A stretch of DNA of 64,000 nucleotides, from assembly GCA_964019335.1 (NCBI GenBank), contig OZ025690.1, positions 124,001 through 188,000 of the forward strand. Direction: 5' to 3'. Both the position numbers and the translations under genes were made by a program. Of the stretch, positions 44,406 to 56,690 are shown one piece after another. Numbering within the stretch: the first letter of the stretch is position 1; each line of letters begins with the position of its first letter. The notes under the pieces were generated by a model. That model did no database searches, had not been told where the DNA came from, and saw only the letters and a program-made list of their open reading frames with translations. This DNA is from Diplonema japonicum. Its lineage: Eukaryota > Protista > Euglenozoa: Diplonemea.

Positions 44406-46211
44406 TCAAATAAAATCTGTAGCAACCGAACTCCTGGACCGTGTAGGGGACGTAACCGGAGCAAACCTGGCATAGGAGGTATCGCAGCTCTGGGCCAGGG
44501 GGCTCGTCGCAGGGGAAAGAACCTGCCTTTTCCGTTCCAGCGTCTTATCCCGACAAGTTTTGCTAATCTCATACAGCGCAGCCTGTATTATAAAAAAAAA
44601 AAAAATTAAAAATACCTCAATCCCTGCCAGCCTCCCCTCAACAGCGGCGATCCTACGACTGCTCAACGCAGCCACGGTATCTATCTTTTCCGTAACAGTC
44701 TTGGTGCATTGAAACAAAAGCGCTTCAAAATCGACCGGCGGACCATTGTTAGGTGACGGGTAAGGGCAATTGACCTTACCATGCTTTGGCGAACCTGAAA
44801 GAGAAGCTGCCGGGCTCGTGGAATGAGACACCGCATCGCAAGTAGAAGGGAGAAGAGTACGAGGCATATCAATAATGGATTTTCGATGCTCGTCCAACGC
44901 AGCGAATCGCAGTGCTTCAACAAACAACATACAAAGATGATTCCTCCTCTGCCTCACCTGGTCTTCAACAAGAAGCTCTTGAAACGCCCCGGTAAGAATT
45001 GTAACCGGAAATCCCACAACTATCATCCCGGTCAACATTGTCATCCCACCAACAAGCTTTCCAACAGGTGTTACAGGTACTTGGTCACCATATCCGACAG
45101 ATGTTATTGTAACAATCGACCACCACAGTGTTTCCGGGATAGATTGAAATGCGATTCGTTCACCTGCATCAGAATAGGAAGAGTTGTCATGGCGAATCCA
45201 GTAACGGGTTTCGTGGTTGAAGCTCGACCCGCCTCGTTCGGCGTAGAACATGAATGAGGAGGTTAACGCCATAACCATGACAAGAACAAGAACGAGCCAC
45301 CATAGAAAAGGTGCTGAGCGTTTCAATGCCAGACCGAGCATGGTGAGGCAGCTCGCCTTCCCAAGCTGCAGGACCTTTACAACTCGGAACGATCGAACCA
45401 ACACTCGGACTACCCTAAGCGAAACAAGCGCTTCGCTTTCCGACACGTTCACCTCTAAAAGCGATGTGTAGTACGGTAGAATAGTAATCAGATCAACCCA
45501 CGTGCCCATGTCCGTCCACAAGTTTTTACAGGTTCTGTCGGAGTCGCCTTTCTTTACATACGTAGCGCAATACGAGAGGAATTCAACTGTAAAAATCGCA
45601 ACGCAAATTCCTTCAAGAGCCCATGTTGCTGGGTATCCCGGTTGCGAGTTGAAGTTTTGGGCTTCAGGGATGGTCTCGACCATGAGAACCACGAGAGATG
45701 TTACAATGGCAACTTGTGAAAGAATTCGGAGCGACACGGATAGAATAATTGCCCAGGTCCGGCTTCCGTTGTATCGAGAGCCTTTGAAGCCCCACATTAC
45801 CCAGACCCACTCTCGTATGGTGTCGGGTTCCAGTGTGTTGGTTAAGGCAGCGGCGTAGTTTATGTAAGCTGCTAGTTCTGACACATCTATGACACCTGAG
45901 CCGTCGGAATCGATGTCGGCGAAGACGCATTCGGAGTCTGCGAGGTCGTTAGAACGCGGGAAGAGGATTTCCCATAGCTTTCTGAAGCCGACGCGGTCGA
46001 TGTCGCCTTCGATGCAGACGCACCATCTTTCGAGCTTTAGGATTAAGTTTGCTAGTTCTACCTTGGCGTCCGTCTTGAACAGAGTCAGCCTTCGCCTTGG
46101 AGAGGAGGATGGACACTCTTCTTCAACATTGTCCACCGTCGTGCTACCTACTTCCACCATCTCCCCTACATCTTCTACAAAGGTCAGGCGTCTCTCGGTT
46201 TTCTTCGCCAT
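44406..46211 (-). CDS. Voltage-gated (Shaker-like 6TM) K+ channel with N-terminal EF-hand, 2 exons
   Basis: Pore WWSIVTITSVGYGD; S4 LRVVRVLVRSFRVVK; EF-hand DIDSDGSGVIDVSEL. Exons 46211-44616 and 44582-44406. Confidence 0.9.
   Translation of the reverse strand: MAKKTERRLTFVEDVGEMVEVGSTTVDNVEEECPSSSPRRRLTLFKTDAKVELANLILKLERWCVCIEGDIDRVGFRKLWEILFPRSNDLADSECVFADIDSDGSGVIDVSELAAYINYAAALTNTLEPDTIREWVWVMWGFKGSRYNGSRTWAIILSVSLRILSQVAIVTSLVVLMVETIPEAQNFNSQPGYPATWALEGICVAIFTVEFLSYCATYVKKGDSDRTCKNLWTDMGTWVDLITILPYYTSLLEVNVSESEALVSLRVVRVLVRSFRVVKVLQLGKASCLTMLGLALKRSAPFLWWLVLVLVMVMALTSSFMFYAERGGSSFNHETRYWIRHDNSSYSDAGERIAFQSIPETLWWSIVTITSVGYGDQVPVTPVGKLVGGMTMLTGMIVVGFPVTILTGAFQELLVEDQVRQRRNHLCMLFVEALRFAALDEHRKSIIDMPRTLLPSTCDAVSHSTSPAASLSGSPKHGKVNCPYPSPNNGPPVDFEALLFQCTKTVTEKIDTVAALSSRRIAAVEGRLAGIEVFLIFFFFIIQAALYEISKTCRDKTLERKRQVLSPATSPLAQSCDTSYARFAPVTSPTRSRSSVATDFI
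44583..44615 (-). other. GT-AG intron, 33 nt, phase 0 (K+ channel)
   Basis: GTATTTTTAA-T-run-ATAATACAG; removes VFLIFFFFIIQ from a coiled coil (LAGIE|AALYEI). Confidence 0.78.
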
Positions 46212-46231
46212 CTCGCCACTCTCCTGCGCAT
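46184..46231 (-). promoter_or_regulatory. Arg-rich out-of-frame uORF (MRRRVARWRRKPRDA*) overlapping the K+ channel start
   Basis: ATG at 46231 directly follows the A-rich leader, 20 nt upstream of the main ATG; TGA at 46184-46186. Confidence 0.4.
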
Positions 46232-46371
46232 TTTCTTTTTTTTTTTCTTTCTCACTTTTTTTTTTTCTTTTTTGGAGAAATGAGGGAGGGAATATTTAAA
46301 GAAATACAGGGGGGGAAGGGGGGGGGGGGCTTTAAAGAATTAAAAAACCCTCGTTGCTGTTTTTTTATTTA

Positions 46372-47969
46372 CTGTAAAACGAATAATGTCGGACGGAAAA
46401 ATTCTCGGACAGAAAAACTCGACGGGAAAAACTCCCGGACACCAAAAAAACCCGGACATTTTTCCGTCCGGGAGTTTTTCTGAGAAGAAGTTTTTTTACT
46501 TAAGGGGGGGTAGCAGCTCCCACCACGTTTGCCTGGAAGGGCTTTATTCCTTGTGCAGAGCCAAAATGTCACCCTGCGTGGCAGTTTGAATTTTTCTTCC
46601 CCTTTCAATGCACCAACAAACAGCACCCACGGGATCTTTAACTTCTCATAAACCCGTACTTCTTTCGTCAGATTGACCAGTTCGACTACCCAAGGCACGT
46701 TGAGCAGCTGGCTTGTGAGGGGCCCAACTTTGGTGCTGACACCCCCGGCCAGCTCACCCCCGAGAGGTGGAGGAGATAAACTCCTTACACCGGGCCAGTA
46801 CAAACCCCCGAAAGCAGCTTGGCGGCCTCTGCCTCGGTCAGAAGACGGCAGCAACAGGTTCAACAGAGCCCCCGGTTTCTTCCAGACGGAAATACTGGAC
46901 GTTGCTATTCCGCCCTACCACACCCTGGCCGCCGCGACGCCGTGATAGCTGCGTATCGCCCAATACGGGATTTAGCATCCTTCGGGGGCTGAAAGGTTTT
47001 TGCTTGAGTCGATAGGTAAACGGGCTTGGTGAGCCTATCCCAGCACAACAAATATGCACCTATGCAGAAGGGCTGCTGTGCGCCAATCCAGCCCGAATTT
47101 GGTGGGGCACTGTCCTTTTCCACTGGCTAGGCTGACAAAATTTTGCAGCAAGAAAGACAAAAGCCGCAAGCCACCTCCGGAAAGCCCGGAAACGAGAAGG
47201 ACAACGAGAAGGCACGCTGTTTCACCATGGAATTCAAGTCGATAATCGACACCCATAAAGTAAGGCCGGAATTGGTCTGGAATACGGGGTTAAAAACCAA
47301 AACAAAAAGGGGTGCTAAGGTCGTAAAAGTCCGTGGCTTGGGGGACAAAACGGGCTATAACCGAACAGCTGGCTGTTTCCTTGGCTGGATGGTTAAATAC
47401 AAAGGCAAAGCGGAAACACAACCGGCAGGGATTATCCGTGCCCCGGTCAAGCACCCGCCCACCGAATGGAGCCTAACGGCATCGCCCAATCATTGGGCTA
47501 ATTATGATACTCGGTATCTGGGTTACGGAGCTGTTTCTTCCTTTTTGCTATAAATCATCGATTCCCATGGTTTTGCCGAACGGGCCGATTCTGCTGCTTG
47601 TCGGCGACCACAACACGACCTATGCCTATGGGTTCGTAGAGTGGTTCGCAGGCGCAAACGTGCACATTGCTTTTGTCCCCCTGGGCTCACCTACATGGTT
47701 CAACCGATGGATATTGGGTTGAACGCAGCTGTAAAGCATCTATTAAGAAAGGTAGTAGGCCACACGAAGGCTCGACAAGCTGATTGCCTCAGGGGCAGCA
47801 AGGGAGGACAAAGATGGAGAAAGGGAACCCTGGGGGTTTCTTCGCGCGGTTGCCGTTTGCAGCCCAGGCCCCCTGACGGCCTTACCTAAAAAAAATTCCC
47901 GGACGGAAAAATTCCCGGACGCCAAAAAAACTCGGACATTTTTCCGTCCGGGAGTTTTTCGTTTTACAG
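46372..47969 (+). mobile_element. Decayed pogo-family (Tc1/mariner superfamily) DNA transposon
   Basis: TA target duplications (46370-46371, 47970-47971). Termini CTGTAAAACGAA / TTCGTTTTACAG. Subterminal CCCGGACGGAAAAA-type repeats. Frameshifted DDE remnants ELVWN...KRGAKVVKV, PILLLVGDH...IAFVP/PGLTYMVQPMDIGLN. Confidence 0.88.
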
Positions 47970-48404
47970 TATTTATCCCCCCCCCCCATCCCCGCAGCTA
48001 CCTTTTTTTTTCGCGTTTTTTTTTTAATGTTAGCTAGGAGAAGAAAAAAAAACCCCACACACACACACACGGAAAAAAAAAGGGGGTAAAAAAAAAAAAA
48101 AAAAACGGCTTCTTTTTTTTGTTCCTGGTGCTGTGAAATCCAATTTCTCTTTTCAAATGGCCTTCTAAGAGACATGGAACTTGAAAAATCATGTGTCGCT
48201 GGGGGGAGTTTCCCACAATAAAAACGGAGGCTAGCAGCTGTAGAGGAGCTAGAATTTTCATTTTTTTTCTTCCCTGGAGGGGGGGGATAGAAAAAAAAAA
48301 CACATCTAAAATCGATGATGCGTGGGTTTTGATCCTTAAAAAAAAAAAGAGAAAGGGGGAAAAAAAAACCCCCCCCCTTCTTTGTGGTAGCGACTTATTC
48401 AGAG

Positions 48405-48442
<38 letters not shown>

Positions 48443-48497
48443 GTAGAAAGCAACTAAACCTCAATCCTCGAAATTATGGCCCGATTTCCGTCGACTG

Positions 48498-48582
48498 TCA
48501 GAGAATCCACGAGAGCCGCAGCAGTGAGAGCCCGTGCAGGGGGCCCCGAGGGAGGGTTGCTAGTTGGACGAAGGTACAGCCA

Positions 48583-48631
<49 letters not shown>

Positions 48632-49004
48632 CACCATACTTTTCAGCCATAAAGGTAGGCTGACGCAGCACAACACACTTCCATGGGGTAATGCAGCCCA
48701 TATCTCTTTGAAACAGGACGGTTGACTGGATCCCCAGTGATTTACTCTTCGCGACAATGTCCTTCGCGGCCCGAGAGACTGCCCCGTTCATGAGTGCGAC
48801 GGCGCTGTCCAATGTTTCCAGTTTCGCGTGTACTACGGGGGCCTCCTTCCCCTTTCTGCTCAACACCACCTCGCACATCTCGAACCACGTGTTTTGCTCG
48901 TACGCTATTTTCCACCGTTTCGCGATGCGTCTTGCAAACGCCCCTGTTTCAGTGTCGCACCAGTGCAGGATCCGAGCGACCACTTCCATTGGAATCTCAT
49001 TCAT
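48498..49004 (-). CDS. Small F-box-domain protein, 2 exons
   Basis: MNEIPMEVVARILHWCD...ARRIAKRWK is an F-box pattern. Exons 49004-48635 and 48583-48498; the start is uncertain. Confidence 0.65.
48584..48634 (-). other. GT-AG intron, 51 nt, phase 1, almost pure poly(A)
   Basis: GTGAATTT-A42-G; removes a poly-Lys run in frame. Confidence 0.72.
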
Positions 49005-49860
49005 AAGGGGGGCGGGGTTATTACGGTGGGCCGTGGAGGAGGCCCCTTTTTTTTTAAATCTTATATCTTTAAAAAAAAAAAAAAAATTAAAAAAGACTAC
49101 TGTTACCCTTGTCTGGATCAACCCTTGAAGGGGCGATTGTGTAGGCTTGGGCAACACACAAAAAAAAAAAAAAAAAAAAAAAAAAAGAAGAGAGAGAGAG
49201 AGAGAGAGCATCATGAATGGATATAAAAAAAAAAAAATGGAATTCACTGTGATGGGCCGAGGACCCATCATAAAAAGAGAAAGAAGGGGGGGAAAAAATG
49301 AAAATAGCACGAAAGGAGGCGAGAGGATGGCGAAGGATGTCGTGCTGTTCGAAATCACCAGATAAAAAGAAAAGGAAAAATAATTGCTACTGATGATACT
49401 TTGGTTTCTTCTTTCTTTCATTTTTTTTTTTTTTTTTTTTTTTATGATACTTCCCCTTTCTTTTTATTCTTCCCGCTGTCACCCAAGGAAGAACACGAAA
49501 AAAAAAAAAAAGGAAAAAAAAAAAAAAAAATGCAAAAATCTGTTCTGTTAGGACGATAATATACTGTCAGTGCTGCTGACCACGTTCATCGTCAAGAAAT
49601 GTAGCGATAGTGGTTTGTGAAAAATCAAGCCACGGTACAACGAAGGGTGACAGGGAGATGGGGGAAGGGAAAGTAATAAACTAATATATTCGATTTAAAA
49701 AAAAAAAAAAGGTTCAGTAAGAAAAACAAAACGGCGCATCACGAAGCAGAGCGCACCAGGGCGCGAAAGAGAGAATAAATAATTTAAGTAGCCGTGTTCA
49801 TCTTTTTTGATTTGACACATATTTTTTTTTTTTTTAAGAAAGAAAAAAAAAAAGAAGGGA

Positions 49861-52800
49861 TCACATGTATTCTGTTGGCTTCTGTGCGTCCCTCGTTATG
49901 CTAACAGGCCTCTCCCCGCATGGCGGGAAGGGTGCACTGATTTCGTTGTGAGAGTCAGCTATGTAAGCTTCCTGTGTAAGAATTGTACAAATAAAAAAAA
50001 AAAAGAACAGAAGTTGTTTCTCCCTTCATTCATACCGCATCTTCGTCACGCAGGGCCCTCTCCCCGATGCGCATGAAGACCTGCTCCAAAGAGGTCTCGT
50101 TGATAGAGTAGTCGGTGATGCCTATATTTTTTTGTTTTTTTGTTTTTTTTATTTTTTTGTTTTATATGTTTTACACACCAATCTTCCTGTTGTCCTCCAC
50201 GAACTGGAACATTGCGGAGAGGGAGGATTCCTTCTTGAGGACCTGGTAGGTGAGCCTCTGCTGGGTGTCTTCTGTGAGGAGGGCGTTGGCCCATTTTTCA
50301 GCGATGAGCTCCTTCGCGGCCGCTTCCGCCTCCTTGTTCTTCAGCTTCACGGTGAGCTCGTAGGAGTCGCCGAGGGACTGCTTCAGCTGGGACAGGCTTC
50401 CGAGACACTGGAGCCTCCCGTCGACCATGATGGTGACGCGGTGCTGCAGGCGTGCCAGCCCCTCGATCTCCTCGAGGTGGTGCGTCGTCAGCACCACGCT
50501 GAGGTGGAGCTCCGTGATGGCCTTCTCCAGAGCGCCCCACAAGCTGCGTCGGGCCACCGGGTCCATCCCCGCCGACGGCTCGTCCAAGAAGACCACCGGT
50601 GGTCCTCCCATCAAGGCCACCGCCACCGACAGCTTCCGACGGTTCCCCCCGCTCAGGGCCTTCGCCATCTTCTTCCGATGCGGGAGGAGCCCCAAGCCCC
50701 CCAACAGCAGCTCCACGCTCGGCTGCACCTGGTGCGACGGGATCCCTCGCAGGCACGCGAACAGACGCAGGTGCTCCTCGCAAGTCATGTGGTCCAGCAG
50801 CGCGTCGAACTGCGGGCAGAACCCCAAGCTCTGCCGTGCCAGCTGCGCCTCCTCCACCACGTCGTACCCCTCCCCCGTCGCAGGGTTCTCTCCGATAAAG
50901 GCCCGTCCCTCGCTCGGGGCGAACTCCCCGCTCAGCACGCTCAGCGTCGTCGTCTTCCCCGCCCCGTTCGTCCCGAGGAACGCGAACAGCTCCCCGGACC
51001 TCACCCCGAAGCTCAGGTCCGCCACTGCCACCTTCGGCTTCGACATGTTCCCCGCAGGAGGCCACACCTTCCGAAGCCGCTGCACAGTCACGTAGTCTCC
51101 CTTCCTCCCTTTCCCCTCCAGTACCTCCTTCGCGTGCTCATCCACTGCAGCGTCTCGGTAGAAAGGCGTGTCCTTCGTCGTCCACTTCGACTCACTTGTC
51201 TTCTCGTTGAAGTAGTACGTCTTCCCCGAGAAGTCGTCCGTGCATGCCAACCACTCCCCACGGCGTTGCTGCACTGCCGACCCGTCCCGCTCAAGCTTCC
51301 CATCGTCTTCGTGATATTTCGACGACTTCTCCAACAGTGGCGTCCCCTCCAGCTCTGTGTAGTTGTTCTCCCGCCACCTGCACCGCACTAGTCTCTTTCG
51401 CAGCCAGGGCACTTCGATCAGACACGTGATGAGAAAGTAGATAGGCGCCAGCACAACCATGTACGTGAGGTCCACCGTGACTATCTCCCAGTCAAAGGCG
51501 CCAGGGGTGGTGACTGATCGACCCAAGGCATTCACAAGGTCACGCATGGAGAGGGAGATGATGCCCTCACCAAGGCAGAAGGAGGGAACAATGCGGTAGA
51601 AGTACTTCAGATACTTGTTGTAGTCCTTAGTGGAGTCGATGAAGTCGAGGATGTTGGAGGCAATGACCAAGATGAAGCCTGCGATGAAGTTGAAGATCAT
51701 GACCGCATTCTGTGCGGCAGTGTGCGAACTGAACAGGAACGACAGCAGGTATGAGTTCGCAATGGAAGAAATACCATACAACAGGAACAGAAGGAAAGAC
51801 GCCATGAAGGTCTCGAACGACCCTACGAACTCACCCCTATCGTCACCGAAGAAGACGATAAAGGCAAGGAACATGGTCCCGAGGTAGGCAAGAAGGTCGA
51901 AGGTGAACGAGCTTGCCCAGTACGCGCCCATGTGGACACCGGAAACAACCTGCACGTGTTTTGCTTTGCACTCCCGCTCCTTGACGATGAAGGACACGAA
52001 GTTTGACGGAATGAAGGTGAAGGGAATCATGATGAAGATGCCTGTGATGACCACCTGAAGGGACTCGATCACCTTCTGCTCGTAGTCACTGAAGGGCAAG
52101 GGGTGGTTCCTAGTCACGATAGTAGCATCTATGTTTGTGGTATTACGAAGCGCAGCGTTCCTGATAGCGGAGACCACAGCAGGGAAGGCATGGATGAAGC
52201 TTGCGTTGTTGAAGACAGAGGCTGTGAGTGACGTGATGCGCTCGATTCGCTGGTCCGGGAGGGCAATGCCTGCACCACGTTGCTCATTTTTGTGCCCATT
52301 GTAGTCCTCCATCATCCATTCTGACAATGTCGACCCGTTCACCACACTGCTGTTCACCTCGTTGATGTTCTGCAGCTCGTAGTCCTCAGGCCTGAAGTGA
52401 CATATGCTTGGTGCCTCGCACCCGACATCGAAGAAAGAACTCACTGGCGTAAATGGCATATTCGCCGGTCGGTCAAACACCCCTGAGTCAAGCGTCAACG
52501 AACTCTGACTCGGGGGCCCCAACCTCCCCAGAAGAAGCGCAATCAGAATGAACACCACAGGAAGCACGAACTGGAAGCACAGCGTCCTGGGATCCCTCTT
52601 AGCACAGTTGTACCTCTTCCTAATCAGCCCGAAGTACTGTTCTATGTACAGATGAATTCCTTCTTTTGCCTTGTCATGCGCACCGGCGTTCACAATGCTG
52701 TACAAGTTCCCAAAGTTGAAATCCGACGGAGCGTGTCCTTTCTCGTGCTGTACATTCTCGATATCATGGTCCACGGCTTGCACTTCCCTTGTGGCAACAA

Positions 52801-55800
52801 GGTCCTCCTCGCTGTCGGCGTTCAGTGCGATCTTCATGAAGATCTCCTCCAAGGTGGTCACGCTTACTCCGAAACCCTCGATTTTTAAGTCATCTTTCTT
52901 GTCGTCCAGCTCGTCGAACATTGCGGGGAAGGCCTTCGGGGTGCGGATGTCGTCCAAGACATCGTGCATCACTTGTTCTTCCTTTTCATCGGTTGACACT
53001 TTGAGTGCTGTGGTGATACCTTCCCGCAGGTTCGTGGGACCCTTTGAACTCGCGCTCTCGAGGAGCCTCCTCACATCAGAGCCCTCGGGGAGGTTCGAGA
53101 TGGATAGCATTGCCTGGTCGCTGGGCCTGCTGTCCATGGGGAGGCGGAGCCTGAGCTCGTTCCCGGTGCAGCTGATTCGTCCCACCTCCGCCCGCGTGAT
53201 GTGCTTGGAGACGACGCGTTCCACGGCCGCCGGGTCGCACCCCTCGCGCATCGCCACCGACATGTTGTAGCCAACCCCGAGACGCGACTTCAGGAAGAAC
53301 GAGCTCCCCCAGGAGTGGAGGCACCCCTTGTTCATGATCGCGATGCTGTCCCCGAGGAGGTCCGCCTCGTCCATGTAGTGTGTCGTCAGCACGATGACGC
53401 GGCCCCGCAGGACGTTCGGGTCTCGCAGGAGCGACCACATCGCCCGCCGCGACTCCACGTCCATCCCCGCGGTCGGCTCGTCCAAGAAGACCAGACGAGA
53501 CCCCCCGATCAGCGAGCACGCCACCGACAGCTTCCTCTTCTGGCCCCCCGACAGAACGGACGACCACGCCTTCCGCTTCTCGTACAGGTTCACCAGCCGC
53601 AACATCTGCTCGATCCTCCCCTCGCTCTTCCCGCCCTTCTTCCGGTTCCCCCACAGCACCTCATCGGGGACCCCCTTGATGCGCCCGTAGAAAGCGAGGT
53701 GCTCCTCGCACGACATGCGCGCCCACAGGATGTTGTGCTGCGGGCAGAACCCGATGTCCTCGCGGATCTTGTCCATGTCTGTCAGGATCGAGCGGCCCCA
53801 CACCTCGCAGTCCCCAGCCGTTGGAGGAAGCATCCCCGTCAACAGGTTGATCAGCGTCGTCTTCCCTGCCCCGTTGTGCCCCAGCACGCACTGGATCTGC
53901 CCCTCGTAGAAGGTCAAGGCGTCCCCTCCCGGCGACCCCTCCGGAAGCCCGTTCCCGAGGTTGTTCACTGCGATGTTCTTCGTCGACTCGTCACTCTTGA
54001 ACTCCTTCCGAAGCCCCATCACCCGCACACGCTCCCGCTGCGACAGGTCCTCCCGTGTCGCAGGGTCCATATCGGTGTCCACGTACATCGGGATCCGGCT
54101 GGGAGGCCCGACGGCCCTTCTGTTTTTTTCGGCGTCTTTGCACCAATAAGAAGGAAACAGGAAGAAGAGGGGGTGCCTCTTCACACCAAACTCGGAGGGA
54201 AGAACGAGGTCCAAGTACCAAGCAAGCGCAAGGTAGAGGATCGTATCAAACATCATCATGAACATGGAGAGGGCGTAGGAGTACTCGTCAGAGGTGAAAT
54301 CGGAAAAGCCGGATCCGATCTCAGACTCTTCGTAGTTGGTGATGAGCTCGGTGCTGTATGAGAAGGCGACGGGGCTGAAGATGGAACTCGCGACCTGGCT
54401 GGAAAGAGGGAGATTGTCAGGGAGGGCAAACTTCGGGACCACCGTGATGAACATTATAAGCGGGGCGGCGATGGCAGCGATCCTCGACTTCGAGAAGAAA
54501 ACGCTGATCAGCATGCTCATCGCAACGATCGACATCGCAAAGAGCTCAAAGATAACAAAAATCAAAACCCACGACGTGTGGCTCAAAAAGGTCGTCCCCG
54601 ATATAAACGTAATCAGAATACACGACACTGTCACAAGGATCCAGTAGGTGCAGTACCAAGAGGTGTAGAACGACATCTTCGATAAACCCATGATGAGCAT
54701 TCCCTCACGGAGACGGTGCTCCTTCTCCTCCACGATCCCGCCAACCAAACAGGACACAGGGTAAATAAACGACAAAGAAAGCACCAACGGAATAAAACCC
54801 CCCGCTCCTTGAAAAAACTCAGACGATTTATACTCCTTCGTCGGCATCGGTGTACCAATCATTTCCACATTCTCAGTAACATCATCCCCACCCGACGCAA
54901 CGGCGGTGAAATGGCTGTCGACCAACCCTTGCAATGTCATGAAACCAGATGTGACGTACTGATAGTATCGATGATCCCCGAGACCCTGCGCGAAACGGTC
55001 TTGCGTTCTGAAGGTGTAAGGTGTGGAGGTGTAGTTCATCCTGATGGTGTAATCGTATATTTTGGCGGTTCGATCAACGCGTTCCAAATTGATCAAAGCC
55101 CATGTGTTGTCGGCGCCGTCGCCTTTGATATACCCTACAGCATCGCTTTCACGTTTCCAGTTGAAAGGACATGACGGGTTGTCCCGGCGGTCGGAAATGG
55201 ACCCGTTCAGTACCGTGTCGAATAGAATGGTACGCTGGCGGAAGTGTTCGAAGATGTCCTCTAAGTCATCGCATGTTTTCGCGACAAACTCAAGATTTCC
55301 TGAATGCGTCCATGAGTTCCAGTACGATGCGGTATTGACGTTCAAATCACCCCAAAAGATTTTCACAGTTCTTTGAAGAGCAACTATTAAATCGAACGAG
55401 AAAATCGTGGATGGGATTTGCGGAGAACGGAGGAGGTCTTCGAGCCGGTTTATGTTATTGGTATTTGCAACACATAAACGTGGTGCCGTGCCCCAACCCG
55501 TAGAACCGGGTGGGGGGACGATGTCTAACAAGATTATAGCACAGCGGTGCTGGCCGCTGCAGGGTTCGATTAGCGTTTTGTTAAGCGCATCTGTTGGGGT
55601 GTCGATGAGGCAGAAATAATTCGAGTATTCCATTTCAATGTCGATTGGTTCATAGCTGTTGTAATAGTCCTTCGCGGGGTGGTCTTCTAAGTCTGAGAGG
55701 GCCCAACCTATTAGCAGTACAGCTAGGAAAAACGGGGGTTTCAGAATTTCGCAAGCGCACCCTTTTGGTCTTCTGGTTTTCAATGTCAGATTTTTTCCGA

Positions 55801-55960
55801 CAGCGAGCTTGAAATGCATCAGCCCCCTGTTCCTCACGGCGTACCCTGACAGGTCGAAACCTTCTTTCTCGTCATCATCGACATTGAACGGGACCCCCTC
55901 GCTTCCATACTTTTCCGTTTGCAGCTCGATCTCGCTTTTTTCAAATGGGTTGTTCGGCAT
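49861..55960 (-). CDS. ABCA-family full transporter copy 1 with a WW domain before NBD2, 3 exons
   Basis: GHNGAGKTT/LSGGQKRKL/FLDEPT and GTNGAGKTT/LSGGNRRKL/FLDEPS. Exons 55960-50179, 50121-50036 (ITDYSINETSLEQVF) and 49971-49861. Confidence 0.93.
49972..50035 (-). other. GT-AG intron, 64 nt, phase 0 (ABCA copy 1)
   Basis: GTATGA...CTTACACAG; followed by a 37-codon terminal exon. Confidence 0.75.
50122..50178 (-). other. GT-AG intron, 57 nt, phase 1, A-rich (ABCA copy 1)
   Basis: GTGTGTAAAAC...AAAAAAATATAG; removal restores the conserved ABCA GITDYS...TSLEQVF motif. Confidence 0.92.
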
Positions 55961-56642
55961 TTTTTCCTTTTTTTTTTTTTGTTCTCCCCCCACCCCCGCG
56001 AGAACCCACTAGGAAGTTGGATTTTTTTTTTTTTTTTTTTTTTTGATCCGACAAAAAAATAGAAAAAAAAAGAAAAAAAAATCGGAAAAAAAAAAAAAAT
56101 TAATGGGATAACAAAAAAAAATATAAAAAAAATCTCTTTTTTAAACTTTTTTCCCCCCTCAACCGTACTAAAAAACAAATGGAAAAAAAAAATGTATATT
56201 AATGGCTGTGGGGGGGAGGGGAAGAAGGGGGGTCTTTTTTTTTTTTTTTTGGTAGGATTCTATTCTCCAAAGAAAAGAACAAAAACTACAGCACAATAGG
56301 CTTTTTCTTTTTATTTACTATTATTTGTCATTACACAAGCAGGGGGAGAGGGGGGATATATTGTCTCTTAAATGACCGGGTCCTCTTGTGATGAAATCAG
56401 GCCAAGTAGTAGAAAAAGAAAAAAAAGGGGCAGTCGGGGGAAGAGCAGATAAAAAGGTACATTTTGCCTAACATCAAAGTTACATGGGAGAATATAATAA
56501 AAATGAAAACAAAAAAAGACTTTGTGACCTCCCTAGTAGTTTCTAATCAGTTCCTGGAGTAGTTGTGCTGTTCCTTCTAGACAACGGTGTGGAGTCAGCC
56601 AATGGTAGGGCTTCCCAGACTGGCTCACTGAAAAAACTTTAA

Positions 56643-56690
<48 letters not shown>

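Noticed and set aside
46381-46480. Short repeated units resembling a CRISPR array
   Set aside because: They are subterminal repeats of the pogo transposon; no unique spacers and no cas genes.
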